Source: an uncultured Clostridia bacterium
GTDB lineage: Bacteria > Bacillota > Clostridia > TANB77 > CAG-508
DNA length: 64,000 bases
Direction: 5' to 3'
Assembly: GCA_944386685.1 (NCBI GenBank)
Contig: CALXCA010000001.1
Coordinates: 10,931 to 74,930, forward strand
How positions within the stretch are numbered: position 1 is the stretch's first letter; every line of letters begins with the position of its first letter. Shown here piece after piece: positions 9,192 to 18,895 of the stretch. Position numbers and translations under genes: made by a program. A model generated the notes under the pieces. It worked only from the letters and a program-made list of their open reading frames with translations. It was not told the DNA's origin and did not search any database.

Positions 9192-10511
9192 TTATTTTTG
9201 AAGCTCTTTTTGACTTTGTATATGACTTATTTGTTTTTTTAATTTTGAGATTTTTCTTTCCTTTTGAGGAATGAATTTATGGTTAATTCCTTTTAATTTT
9301 CCATCAATTGTTTTTGCTCTAATTAATCTAACTTTTTCTTTTTCTTCATATTCTAATTGTTCTTGTAAAACTTTTAAAGTAACTGAATCTTTTATTACTT
9401 TTCCATCTGGATTGTAATTATATAAAACAGCTAATTTATTATACATATTTGTTAAATATTCTATAGCTTCTTCCCTATTAATTTTGCAAATATGCACTTC
9501 TCTATCTCTTCCTTGTCTACGATTTACATATAAACTATCTGTTAATCCAAAAAATTCGGAAACATATTTTGATGATAAATTATCCCTATGCAAAGTTGAG
9601 CATAAAAATATTTCTTGATTTTTAGGGTTTTTAAAATGTTCTAATATATGTTTTTTTATTCCTTCATAAACAATTATTCTTGCAATGCCTAAACTTCTAT
9701 TATGAGGATTTGTTAAATATGTATCAATTTCAACAGAATTTGCTGTATTTGCTGTGTAATATTTTTCTTCTTCAAATTCTGGGCTTTCATAGATTTTTAA
9801 TGAACCTTTATGTATTAAATCTGCATATTCTTTTTCATCTGTCATAAATTGTTCATAATCTTGAATTTGGTCACTTTCTTTACATTGTTTTTTACCAAAT
9901 TCTTTTTCTAAATCATCTAATGTAATCCAATAAAACATTTCATATTTGTTTTGAATTGTACTATCGTAATTTTCTTGAATATATTCTGCCATATATTTGT
10001 TTAGTTTTTCTCTTAATTCGCTTTTTTCATGATATCCATTTTGCTCTATTTCGCTTTTTAAATATTCATATAAAGTTGTTTGATTTTTATTATTCTTTTT
10101 GTTATATTCTTGTAATATTCTTTGTTTTGCATATTCAAATGCTTGTATTTTTATTATATAAATTTTTCTCAAATCTTTTTTATATTCTTGTTCATTTGGA
10201 TATTTTTGTTTAACATATTTTTTATAATTTTCACCATATTTAAAATATTTTGTAATATCATTATATGTAAATGGTTTTTGTCCTTGTGTTATATATGTTG
10301 TTGCTTCTACATCTCCTTTTTCATCTACTGCAACAAATACTGAATTATTTTCTGAATGTACATATTCTGATATTCCTTCTCTTCCTGTGTCAAATAATTG
10401 ATCTTCTCTTCCTTCTTGTTTCATCGCTTCTAGACTTATTTGTTCTAATCTAACAATTTTATCTAGATACTTTTCTTCATTTTCTTTAGTAAGTTCAACT
10501 ATTTTTATCAT
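9192..10511 (-). CDS. Hypothetical protein with split GNAT-like ends
   Basis: 439 aa. The N-terminus (MIKIVELTKENEEKYLDKIVRLEQISL...VFVAVDEKGDV) and the region LGIARIIVYEGIKKHILEHF look GNAT-like around a long charged insertion. Weak call. Confidence 0.4.
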   Translation of the reverse strand: MIKIVELTKENEEKYLDKIVRLEQISLEAMKQEGREDQLFDTGREGISEYVHSENNSVFVAVDEKGDVEATTYITQGQKPFTYNDITKYFKYGENYKKYVKQKYPNEQEYKKDLRKIYIIKIQAFEYAKQRILQEYNKKNNKNQTTLYEYLKSEIEQNGYHEKSELREKLNKYMAEYIQENYDSTIQNKYEMFYWITLDDLEKEFGKKQCKESDQIQDYEQFMTDEKEYADLIHKGSLKIYESPEFEEEKYYTANTANSVEIDTYLTNPHNRSLGIARIIVYEGIKKHILEHFKNPKNQEIFLCSTLHRDNLSSKYVSEFFGLTDSLYVNRRQGRDREVHICKINREEAIEYLTNMYNKLAVLYNYNPDGKVIKDSVTLKVLQEQLEYEEKEKVRLIRAKTIDGKLKGINHKFIPQKERKISKLKKQISHIQSQKELQK

Positions 10512-10647
10512 TTTTTTGCACCTCTTAGGTTTTAATTAGCCGTAAAATATAATTATATCTTGCTAAGCTGTTGTTTAGTTTGTTTTATACTGTTTCCTCT
10601 TTTGTGCTTTTTTTATTATTCTCAATTGTAAACCTTGTTGTTTTTTC

Positions 10648-12123
10648 TTAATTTTCATCTGTATTTTCTACTGTACTATCTGTTGTATTTTCTGTACTTG
10701 TTTCAGCTGTATTTTCTATTGTACTATCTGTATTACTTTCAGTTGTATTTTCTACATTATTTTCTGTTGGACTTTTTGTTGTAACATCTTTTGCAATGCA
10801 ATTTGTAAACATATCTAATGAATTTGTTACTTTATCCATAGACCATTCTGCTCCTACATATACTTTTTCAAGACTTGTACAATTATAGAACATTTCGTAC
10901 ATTGTTGTTACATTTTGAGTGTTAAAACTACTTAAATCAAGTTCTTTTAAACTTGAACATCCACGAAACATTGAACTCATGTCTTTTAATTCTTTTGTTG
11001 TAAATCCATCAAAATTGATTTTTTGTAAATTTGTACATCCCTCAAACATAGATTTCATTCCTTCTACATTTCTAGTAACAAAATTGCTTAAATCTAATTC
11101 TGTAAGACTACTACATCCTCCAAACATATAGTTCATATTTTCAACTTTACTTGTGTCTATTTTGCTCATTCTAATTGTTTCTAATTTCTTGCAATTGTAA
11201 AACATGTATCTCATGTCTGTTACTTTACCCGTTTCGAAACTATATAAATTAATGTTTACAATATTATGACATTCACTAAACATATTCATCATTGTTGTAA
11301 CATTTGCTGTATTAAAACTACTTAAATTTAAACCTGTTAAATTATTACATCCTCCAAACATATAACTCATATCTGTACAATTTGAAGTATTAAAACTACT
11401 TACATCCAATTCAGATAAATTTTTACAATCAAAGAACATTTTACTCATATTAGTTACTTTGCTTGTGTTAAAATTATTTATTGGTAATTCTGTTAAAGAA
11501 CTACAATTGTAAAACATTTCTGACATATTTTCAACATTACTTGTGTTAAATCCACTAACATCTAAGTTAGTTAAGCTACTACAATTGTAGAACATTCCCA
11601 TCATATTAACAACACTACTTGTATTAAATTCACCTAATATTAAGTCTGTTAGTCCACTACAACCATAAAACATATTACTCATACTAACTACTCTATTAGT
11701 ACTCATTTTTTCTAAATTTATGCTTGTAATATATCTACAATCATAAAACCAATAATCTGTATTTGTTGGCACTATTTGGTCAATTACATTTACACTCGTA
11801 ATGTTTCTTCTATATTGATACCATGGAGGTAATATAGAAGCTCCAAATGTTTTATTTCTAATATTTTCTTGGAATACTATTCCATTTCCATCTTGCTCTG
11901 TTGTAGAAAATGTTAATGTTCCATCTTCATATAATGTAGCAAATATATTTGTTGCATATGGGTCATCTGACCAAATTTGGTTATTTCCAATGTCTTCATG
12001 ATTATCATCCTTAAACTTGATAACCAAAAATGTTATTATTACTCCTACTACAATTATTATTGCTAATACAATTGCTATTAGTGCAATTAAAGCCATTCCA
12101 TTATTTTTCTTTAGTTTCTCCAT
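10648..12123 (-). CDS. BspA-type leucine-rich-repeat (LRR_5) surface protein with N-terminal TM anchor
   Basis: 491 aa. About 13 repeats of the form N(M/T)SxMFxxCxSLTxLDLSxFNTSxV. N-terminal TM ALIALIAIVLAIIIVVGVIITFLVI. C-terminal TENT/STxEN low-complexity tail. Confidence 0.8.
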   Translation of the reverse strand: MEKLKKNNGMALIALIAIVLAIIIVVGVIITFLVIKFKDDNHEDIGNNQIWSDDPYATNIFATLYEDGTLTFSTTEQDGNGIVFQENIRNKTFGASILPPWYQYRRNITSVNVIDQIVPTNTDYWFYDCRYITSINLEKMSTNRVVSMSNMFYGCSGLTDLILGEFNTSSVVNMMGMFYNCSSLTNLDVSGFNTSNVENMSEMFYNCSSLTELPINNFNTSKVTNMSKMFFDCKNLSELDVSSFNTSNCTDMSYMFGGCNNLTGLNLSSFNTANVTTMMNMFSECHNIVNINLYSFETGKVTDMRYMFYNCKKLETIRMSKIDTSKVENMNYMFGGCSSLTELDLSNFVTRNVEGMKSMFEGCTNLQKINFDGFTTKELKDMSSMFRGCSSLKELDLSSFNTQNVTTMYEMFYNCTSLEKVYVGAEWSMDKVTNSLDMFTNCIAKDVTTKSPTENNVENTTESNTDSTIENTAETSTENTTDSTVENTDEN

Positions 12124-12146
12124 CTTTTACTCCATTTCTTATATAA

Positions 12147-12183
12147 TATATTTAGGTTTTTAAGGTTACCTATAAACCTTTTT
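12147..12183 (-). promoter_or_regulatory. Conserved upstream module, copy b
   Basis: TATTTAGG starts 26 nt from the start codon at 12123. Confidence 0.4.
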
Positions 12184-12293
12184 GCACATTCTATATTTTT
12201 TAGATGATTTGTATAAATTTACAAAATATATTTTTAAATACGATTTATAAGTGTCAATATTTTTTTAATACTTTCTATACAATTTATAAATTC

Positions 12294-14687
12294 TTATATT
12301 TTTAAAATTTTACAAACAATTAAACTCATATCATCTTTAATCATTCCATAATTATTATCAACAGATTCATTTATAATTAAATCTGCAATTTTTTGTGCAC
12401 TTGTTGTTTCAATATCTTCTAACAAATATTTAACCCATAATTCTTTGTTTTTATATTCCACATTTGAATCTATTATACCATCACTACACATTACTAGTAT
12501 ATCTTGATTTATAATGTCTTTATCATAAACAGTTAAATTTATATCTTTTAATATTCCTGCAGGTAAACTTAAGGATTTAACAATTTGAACATTTTTACCA
12601 TTTTTTATATATGTAGGACATGCTCCATTTTTTATAAATTCAACTTTTCCATTAAACAGGTCTATTATTACAATATCTAGTGTAGCAAATATTTCTTCAT
12701 TTGTGTTCATTATTGTTGTATTTATTAAGTCTATAGATGTATTTTTATCAAATCCTGACATTAATAGTCTTTCCAACATTTTTATAGCAATTTGACTACT
12801 TTTTCTTGCCTCTGGTCCTGACCCCATTCCATCACTTATTGCTAATAAATATTTTCCATCACTTAATCTAATTTGTAAACAACTATCACCAGAAACAGGA
12901 CTTCCATTTTTTACTCTTACATCTTGTCCAATTTGCAATAAATATTTGTCTTCTGCCATATAAGAAAAAACTCTTTTTCCTTGCTTGTTGAATTTTTTTG
13001 TTTTTACTTCATTAATAACTAATTTTTCTTTAAATGTTTTCTCTAAAACGTTTTTAATATTATCTATATCTTTATTTTCTGTTGTTTTGCTATCTTCTTT
13101 TAAATAAATATCAATAAAGATTCTATTTTCTTTTTCCTGTACCACTAAGTCATCAACAAGTATTCCTTTTATTTCTAAAGCTGTAATAGTTTTTTTCTTT
13201 TTATCTACAAATACATCATCTTTTTTTGTCTCATTTTCCATTTTAACAGCAATACTAGAAATTGCTTTAGAAACACCATCTAATTGGGCTTGTACACTTT
13301 GTTTGTTTTGTTTAACTTTCTCTTCCCAAATAAAATCTGATTTGCTTGTTTTATAAGCATAATTTATAGCTTTAGTTATTTGTTCAACATCTGTTTTTAC
13401 ATTTTTATTTTCTGTAGCTATAATATAATGATTATTTTTTGCAAAAATATTTATAATATCTTTACTGTCTATCTCTTGTTTTTCAAGTAAAAGATTAAAT
13501 ATATCATCAAATATTTTTTCATCTATTTTTGTAAAGTCTTCATATAAAATGTTATCTTCTAATCCATCTAAATTATTTAGTAGTTCATTTTTAAAAGTTT
13601 CTTTATTTTTTTGTTTAATTTCATCTTGAGTTTTATTTAAAACTGGTACATAAGTTTCTGCAATATCTTTAATTGTTTCTGATACTACATTTAATTGTTC
13701 TATTGTGTCATTACTAGCTTTTAGTCTATTATTTGGAATATTTGGTAAATATTCTTCTTTTTCTGTTAATCCTTCAATATTAATTTTTATCCATTTTGGA
13801 ACAGCTAATAATCCCACAGAAGCAACTAAAATTTCTTTAAATAAAACAAAATTGCTTGTATCTCCATTAGATACATAAAATAATATTCCACTACCTATGC
13901 CAAAACCTGCTATCACCCCTATTTTTCCAAACCTATTAAGTAAACCAGCTATCATTCCAGAAATTGCATATCCTGCAACAAGAATAGGTTCACTTTGTGA
14001 AATTATTCCCAATGTTACTCCAATTGTTACTCCTGCTGTTGTTCCAACAAGAACTCCATGTCTCCAACCAAGTAATAAAACAATAAAAATACATAAAATA
14101 TTTTTAATTGATAATCCAAATATAGAAAAATCTCCAAACGCTGAAATTGCAATAGAAATTAATAAACAAGCTCCTATTACCTCTTCTATCGAAAATGCTT
14201 GCTTATCTGTAATTCCTTGTATTACGGATAATGAATTTACAAATATTTTATAGAATATAACAGACATTATTGCAAGAGTAATATGTAGTAGTAAATCTCC
14301 AACGGTAAATTCTGTTAATATCATTTTTGCAATCATAACTATCATTATACTGAAGAATATATGTTTTGATATTTGCATTTTTTCATTTTTATACTCATCA
14401 TTTTCTTTTGGTGGTCTTAAACATAAAATTATTAACATCATTAATAATATCAATATATAATTTAAAACTCCAATTACTCCAACACCTATTAAATTACCAA
14501 TCATCCCCAATATAACAACTACTATAGCTGGTATACCATTAGAAAAGCATGCACCTACAATTGCAATACTAAATGGAGAAACATCTTGTTCCATTCCAAC
14601 AATAGATATCATAAATGCCAACACATATATGATTATATTTTTTATACTAAATAAATTTTTTAGTATTTCTTTACTGTTCATAATCAT
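12294..14687 (-). CDS. spoIIE: Stage II sporulation protein E (membrane PP2C phosphatase)
   Basis: 797 aa. About 10 N-terminal TM segments, a central domain, and a C-terminal PP2C domain (LLAISDGMGSGPEARKSS...VMCSDGI). Confidence 0.9.
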   Translation of the reverse strand: MIMNSKEILKNLFSIKNIIIYVLAFMISIVGMEQDVSPFSIAIVGACFSNGIPAIVVVILGMIGNLIGVGVIGVLNYILILLMMLIILCLRPPKENDEYKNEKMQISKHIFFSIMIVMIAKMILTEFTVGDLLLHITLAIMSVIFYKIFVNSLSVIQGITDKQAFSIEEVIGACLLISIAISAFGDFSIFGLSIKNILCIFIVLLLGWRHGVLVGTTAGVTIGVTLGIISQSEPILVAGYAISGMIAGLLNRFGKIGVIAGFGIGSGILFYVSNGDTSNFVLFKEILVASVGLLAVPKWIKINIEGLTEKEEYLPNIPNNRLKASNDTIEQLNVVSETIKDIAETYVPVLNKTQDEIKQKNKETFKNELLNNLDGLEDNILYEDFTKIDEKIFDDIFNLLLEKQEIDSKDIINIFAKNNHYIIATENKNVKTDVEQITKAINYAYKTSKSDFIWEEKVKQNKQSVQAQLDGVSKAISSIAVKMENETKKDDVFVDKKKKTITALEIKGILVDDLVVQEKENRIFIDIYLKEDSKTTENKDIDNIKNVLEKTFKEKLVINEVKTKKFNKQGKRVFSYMAEDKYLLQIGQDVRVKNGSPVSGDSCLQIRLSDGKYLLAISDGMGSGPEARKSSQIAIKMLERLLMSGFDKNTSIDLINTTIMNTNEEIFATLDIVIIDLFNGKVEFIKNGACPTYIKNGKNVQIVKSLSLPAGILKDINLTVYDKDIINQDILVMCSDGIIDSNVEYKNKELWVKYLLEDIETTSAQKIADLIINESVDNNYGMIKDDMSLIVCKILKI

Positions 14688-14790
14688 CTTTTAACACCTC
14701 ATGTAATATTTTAATACTTGTCTTATGTGTTTTTTGTCTTTTCTTGTAAATAACTACAAAAAATTTTTTTACATTTTATGATACATTATT

Positions 14791-16047
14791 TTATTTTTTT
14801 AATAGATATATTATATTTATTATATTTATTACAAAACTTACAAAAAGTAATATTGCAATAAATATGTTATTTTTATTATTTTTTTCTATATTCATCTCTT
14901 TATATAAAATATCATATTTGTTCTTTGTGTCAAAATAAATATTGTCTAATTCTAATATTTCTTTTAAATGATGATAAAATATTGTACCTATATCTTCATT
15001 TGTAACTTCATTTATCCATAAATTCTTAGTGAATTTTATAAATTCTTTCCTCGTTTGTTTTAATTTTATTCCTTGTCTAAACTTTAAATTAATTTTTTTT
15101 AAGTAAAATCTAGTATATAATGCTAATATATATGTGTAAAAATATTGTTCTTCAAACTCTTGCGGAAATACTGTATAATTATTTATATCACAACTAGAGC
15201 TAAAAAGTGATATACTTTCTTTTGTTACTGCAAGTTTAGCATATTTCCATCTAGAAAGAATTTTCATATTATCTTTTGCATGGCTTACACTATTATCACT
15301 TGGCAATATGTTTATAAACTTATAATATTGTTCTTTAATTTTTTCAAAATCATTAGCATTATTCCATCCATCTTCATCAATACAAGCATAAGAATATGTT
15401 AATGATCTTTCTGTATCTATATCCAGTTTAATTGTCTCTATAGATGGACCTGTTATTTCTTCTATAAATTCTTTAAATGATTTTACATCTTCAAAACAAT
15501 CTGTTTGAACTTTTATTTTATCATAGTTTTTTATATTACTAAATTCTTGTGTAATATCTCTCATTTTGTAATTAAAATTTAATAAATCAGAAAATTTATT
15601 GCTATCTTCTATATGTGTTTTTATACATAAAAAGCATATTCCTGTATTAAAACATATAATTTGTATTTTAGGAATTTTAAAAAATATTCCACTTTTTTCT
15701 TGTACTTTTCCTTGAATATCTCTATTAATTGTATACTCAAAAATTGTACAATTATATTTTGCAAGTAGAGCTGCTTTTGTTTCTAATGGTAGTTCTTCTA
15801 ATTTTTGTAATTTTGCTTTGTTTAAATTAAATGTTCCAAACAAAAAATTTCTTGCTCTATTTGAAAAATATGTATATATATCTAAATCTTTGTCTTTTTT
15901 AAAGATTTTTAATTCACAATTTTTGTCTCTTAATAGTTTCATTATATATCTTATATATCTGTTTTCTTTTATAACATATGGATATATAAAATATGTATAC
16001 TGGTATTTCATCTTTAACTCCATCTTTTGTTTCTCCTCTTTTTTCAT
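14791..16047 (-). CDS. Hypothetical protein with C-terminal TM
   Basis: 418 aa, no motif recognised. C-terminal TM IFIAILLFVSFVINIINIIYLL. Its start abuts the stop of the upstream gene (16047/16048). Confidence 0.5.
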   Translation of the reverse strand: MKKEEKQKMELKMKYQYTYFIYPYVIKENRYIRYIMKLLRDKNCELKIFKKDKDLDIYTYFSNRARNFLFGTFNLNKAKLQKLEELPLETKAALLAKYNCTIFEYTINRDIQGKVQEKSGIFFKIPKIQIICFNTGICFLCIKTHIEDSNKFSDLLNFNYKMRDITQEFSNIKNYDKIKVQTDCFEDVKSFKEFIEEITGPSIETIKLDIDTERSLTYSYACIDEDGWNNANDFEKIKEQYYKFINILPSDNSVSHAKDNMKILSRWKYAKLAVTKESISLFSSSCDINNYTVFPQEFEEQYFYTYILALYTRFYLKKINLKFRQGIKLKQTRKEFIKFTKNLWINEVTNEDIGTIFYHHLKEILELDNIYFDTKNKYDILYKEMNIEKNNKNNIFIAILLFVSFVINIINIIYLLKK

Positions 16048-17550
16048 CTAATCTTCACAATAATAATTCATATTTAAATCTAATCCAAAATGCCATTTTC
16101 CAATAAAATTAATATTTAAATAATTATCTAAATTATATTTAGGTTCTATAACAATTTTGCCATCTTTGTCTAATGACCCCCACAAACCATTTTGTTTAAC
16201 TGCTACAAATCCATATTCATTTTGCTCTGTAGCATCATCATAAACATAATCTACAACTACATTTCCACTTTTATCTACATAACCATATTTATCATTTTCT
16301 TTTTTCAAAAATAATGTATTGTCTTTTAGTGCTTCTGTACTTGAAATTTCTTCACAATTTAGATTATAATATTTATATTCATCATTTATTCTCATTCTTA
16401 TATAATCTGTTGTAATATCAACTAAAATTCCTATTAGTTTAACATTGTAATCTTTATCTATTATTGATGTTTGGAAATTTTCATCTTCTGCTACAAATAA
16501 ATTTGCTTTATCATTATATGTAATTCCTGTATATGAAAATGGTAACTTTTCTTGTGTACTTTCATCTATAATTCCATATTTATCATTTTGTTTTGCAATA
16601 TATATTCCCTCTTTTACTTGTTTTAAATCTTGATATTTAGCTTCTATAAGTATTTCTCCTGATGTGCTCATTTCTCCATATAAATTATTTAAAACAAATA
16701 TAACTCCTCTTGTTGTATTTGATTTTATATCATCAAAGCCATTTTCAATTAAAGTTTCTCCAGATGAATTAATTAATTTTTCTTTTCCTCCTTCAATTAC
16801 TAAATAGTTGCTTCCTAAATATGTTTGTTTTATTTCATCAAATTTATTTTCTAAAACTTGTTGCTTTGTAGCACTTATTACACCATATTTCCCTTCTGAA
16901 TTAACTGTTATATATCCATCTTTATATGTTTCTCCTAGATTTTTTATTTCTGTATATTGTGGTTCTATCAAAACACTTCCAGAATCATTGCATAAACCTT
17001 TTTGTCCGTTTTTTTCTATTATTAAACTATTTTCTATACCTTGTATAACTGTAATATTGTCATATTCACATGGCAATATTTGTTTACCATTTAAATTTAT
17101 AAGTCCATATTTTCCATTTTGCATTACTTTTAATACATCTTGTTCATACCATAAGTTCTCATTTTCGTCAAAGTTTTCTATAGGAAGTATTTGTTCATAT
17201 TGAGTAAATATTTCTTCATTATCTTTATTTAAAGCTTTTGTTTTATATGTTCCTGTTGTATCATCAACATCATATGTACATATAAAAACATCTTTAGTTT
17301 TATCTGGAATAACTATCATCTCTTGATATGATGGATTTATTACATATTCTCCATCTTGATTTATTACTCCCCATTTGTCTGCTGAAAATACTGCAAAATA
17401 ATCATATTCTTTATTTAATTTGCTTCTTTGTGCTAATACATCTTTTATTATTAATACAAACATGATAATTACTACTATTGCAATTATAACAGCAAATACT
17501 TTTTGATAATTTAATTTTCCTTCTGTCTCATATCTTTTTCCTCTACTCAT
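16048..17550 (-). CDS. WG-repeat (KWG) protein with N-terminal TM anchor
   Basis: 500 aa. Repeated KYG(L/V/I/Y)I(N/D)..G..(V/I)(L/I).P.Y units (KYGLINLNGKQILPCEYDNI, KYGIIDESTQEKLPFSYTGI, KYGYVDKSGNVVVDYVYDDA, LWGSLDKDGKIVIEPKY). Confidence 0.8.
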   Translation of the reverse strand: MSRGKRYETEGKLNYQKVFAVIIAIVVIIMFVLIIKDVLAQRSKLNKEYDYFAVFSADKWGVINQDGEYVINPSYQEMIVIPDKTKDVFICTYDVDDTTGTYKTKALNKDNEEIFTQYEQILPIENFDENENLWYEQDVLKVMQNGKYGLINLNGKQILPCEYDNITVIQGIENSLIIEKNGQKGLCNDSGSVLIEPQYTEIKNLGETYKDGYITVNSEGKYGVISATKQQVLENKFDEIKQTYLGSNYLVIEGGKEKLINSSGETLIENGFDDIKSNTTRGVIFVLNNLYGEMSTSGEILIEAKYQDLKQVKEGIYIAKQNDKYGIIDESTQEKLPFSYTGITYNDKANLFVAEDENFQTSIIDKDYNVKLIGILVDITTDYIRMRINDEYKYYNLNCEEISSTEALKDNTLFLKKENDKYGYVDKSGNVVVDYVYDDATEQNEYGFVAVKQNGLWGSLDKDGKIVIEPKYNLDNYLNINFIGKWHFGLDLNMNYYCED

Positions 17551-17660
17551 AATTTTCCTCTTTCTTAAATTTGTTTGTCAAAACTATTTATCTATGTTTT
17601 GACTGCCTATAATATATCATAAATTTTAAATTATTACAATATTTTAAGGTAATATTTACT

Positions 17661-17971
17661 GTGTCGGTCCTTTTTTGTGCTGGGGTCGGTCCTAAATTAA
17701 ACCAATATATAAAGTATTTTTTATACCTTGTGTGTCGCAACCTACAAAAGAATTTCAATAAGTAGGTTGCTCCAAATCGCATTCGCTACGCTCATTTGAT
17801 CGCTTACGCGGTATTACAAAACACTTTATATATTGATTTAATTTAGGACCGACCCCAGCACAAAAAGGGACCGACCCCAGCACAAAAAGGGACCGACCCC
17901 AGCACAAAAAGGGACCGACCCCAGTAGCACAACACAAAAAAGGACCAGCCCCAATAAAAAGGGACCGACCC
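17661..17971. repeat. Composite palindromic element, copy A (iterons - arm - core - arm - iterons)
   Basis: Arms 17684-17720 / 17817-17854. Core 17721-17816. GGACC box starts at 17846, 17868, 17890, 17912, 17942 (degenerate) and 17962. Inverted boxes at 17661-70 and 17682-92. Confidence 0.85.
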
Positions 17972-17987
17972 TAACAATATTTATATA

Positions 17988-18713
17988 TTATACAGCTTGT
18001 TGTCCTTCAGTATTTTCTGTTTCGGCTTTTTCTGTTTTTCCATCTTCACTTAATAGTTCTAAGCTACATACAGAAACTTCATATGCAGTTTTTGTTTCAA
18101 CACTTCCATCTTCATGTTTCTTTTCATATTGTCTTGATTGAACTCTTCCTACAATTTTTACTTGAGCTCCTACTTCTATGTTTTGACAGAATCTTGCATT
18201 TCTTCCCCATGCAATTGTTGGGATATAATCTGATTTATTATATGCTCTGTTTACAGCTAATAATAAATCTGCAATTTCTCTTCCAAATGGTGTTTGTCTG
18301 TAAATTGGCTTTTTGCAAACAAATCCAATAAGTACAACTTCATTTGTCATTTCATCCTTCTTTGGAGTTTCTTCACTATTTTCTCCTTCTTGTGCTTGTG
18401 TTTCTGCTTCAGGTAATTCTTGAACATCTTTAGCAAAAACAGTTAATACTAATTTGTTTTTTTCATTTTCAAAGCTGTTGTATGATCTAAATTGTCCTTT
18501 AATTAATAATTTTTTTCCTTCTGATAATGTATCATCAGAAATTAGTCTTTCTGATACTGTTATTGGGATAATATCTGCATTTCCACTTAAACGTGCTATA
18601 GATAATGAAAATCTATAGAATTTCTCCCCATAAATTTCGTGGCTAAATGTTTTTTCGCCTGTAACTCTTCCAACTAATGTTAAATAGTTGTTTTCTAAAT
18701 AATTTGTATCCAA
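17988..18713 (-). CDS. Tandem-OB-fold single-stranded-DNA-binding-like protein
   Basis: 241 aa. Two SSB-like OB modules (LTLVGRVTGEKTF...RFSLSIARLSGNADIIPITV... and VVLIGFVCKKPIYRQTPFGREIADLLLAVNR...IPTIAWGRNA...) joined by an acidic linker. No canonical C-terminal DDDIPF tip (ends ...NTEGQQAV). Confidence 0.6.
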   Translation of the reverse strand: MDTNYLENNYLTLVGRVTGEKTFSHEIYGEKFYRFSLSIARLSGNADIIPITVSERLISDDTLSEGKKLLIKGQFRSYNSFENEKNKLVLTVFAKDVQELPEAETQAQEGENSEETPKKDEMTNEVVLIGFVCKKPIYRQTPFGREIADLLLAVNRAYNKSDYIPTIAWGRNARFCQNIEVGAQVKIVGRVQSRQYEKKHEDGSVETKTAYEVSVCSLELLSEDGKTEKAETENTEGQQAV

Positions 18714-18895
18714 TTTTATTTCCTCCCTATCTTTTTTATTTTATCAATTGTAAATAATCTTCTTGCGTTTTTTATTTTTAAATTTTCTACATTACTTATT
18801 ATACTACACTTTTTTGGATTTGTCTACATAAAAAGTTAAATTTTTGTAATTTTTTTATTATTTTTTTGAATTTTTAGGTGTTTTAGCATTCATTT

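Noticed and set aside
17721-17816. The core of the palindromic element as an invertible promoter (inverton), because copy B is flipped relative to A and C
   Set aside because: In copy B the whole element is inverted, including the iteron asymmetry, not just the core between the arms. Only weak sigma-A-like hexamers (TTGTAG-16-TATAAA) are present. Population-level read data would be needed to see true inversion.
17588-17937. ORFs 17588-17782 and 17755-17937 (likewise 37438-37671, 37706-37891 and 41146-41487)
   Set aside because: They run through the palindromic repeat elements or the 9-mer array. Their sequences (for example GVGPFLCWGRS..., repeated because the iterons repeat) are translation artefacts of the repeats.
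17846-17971. Regularly spaced GGGACCGACCCC boxes as a possible mini-CRISPR array
   Set aside because: The spacers are the same 10-nt sequence (AGCACAAAAA) in each unit, the period is only 22 bp, and no cas genes are present. This is a tandem repeat, not a repeat-spacer array.
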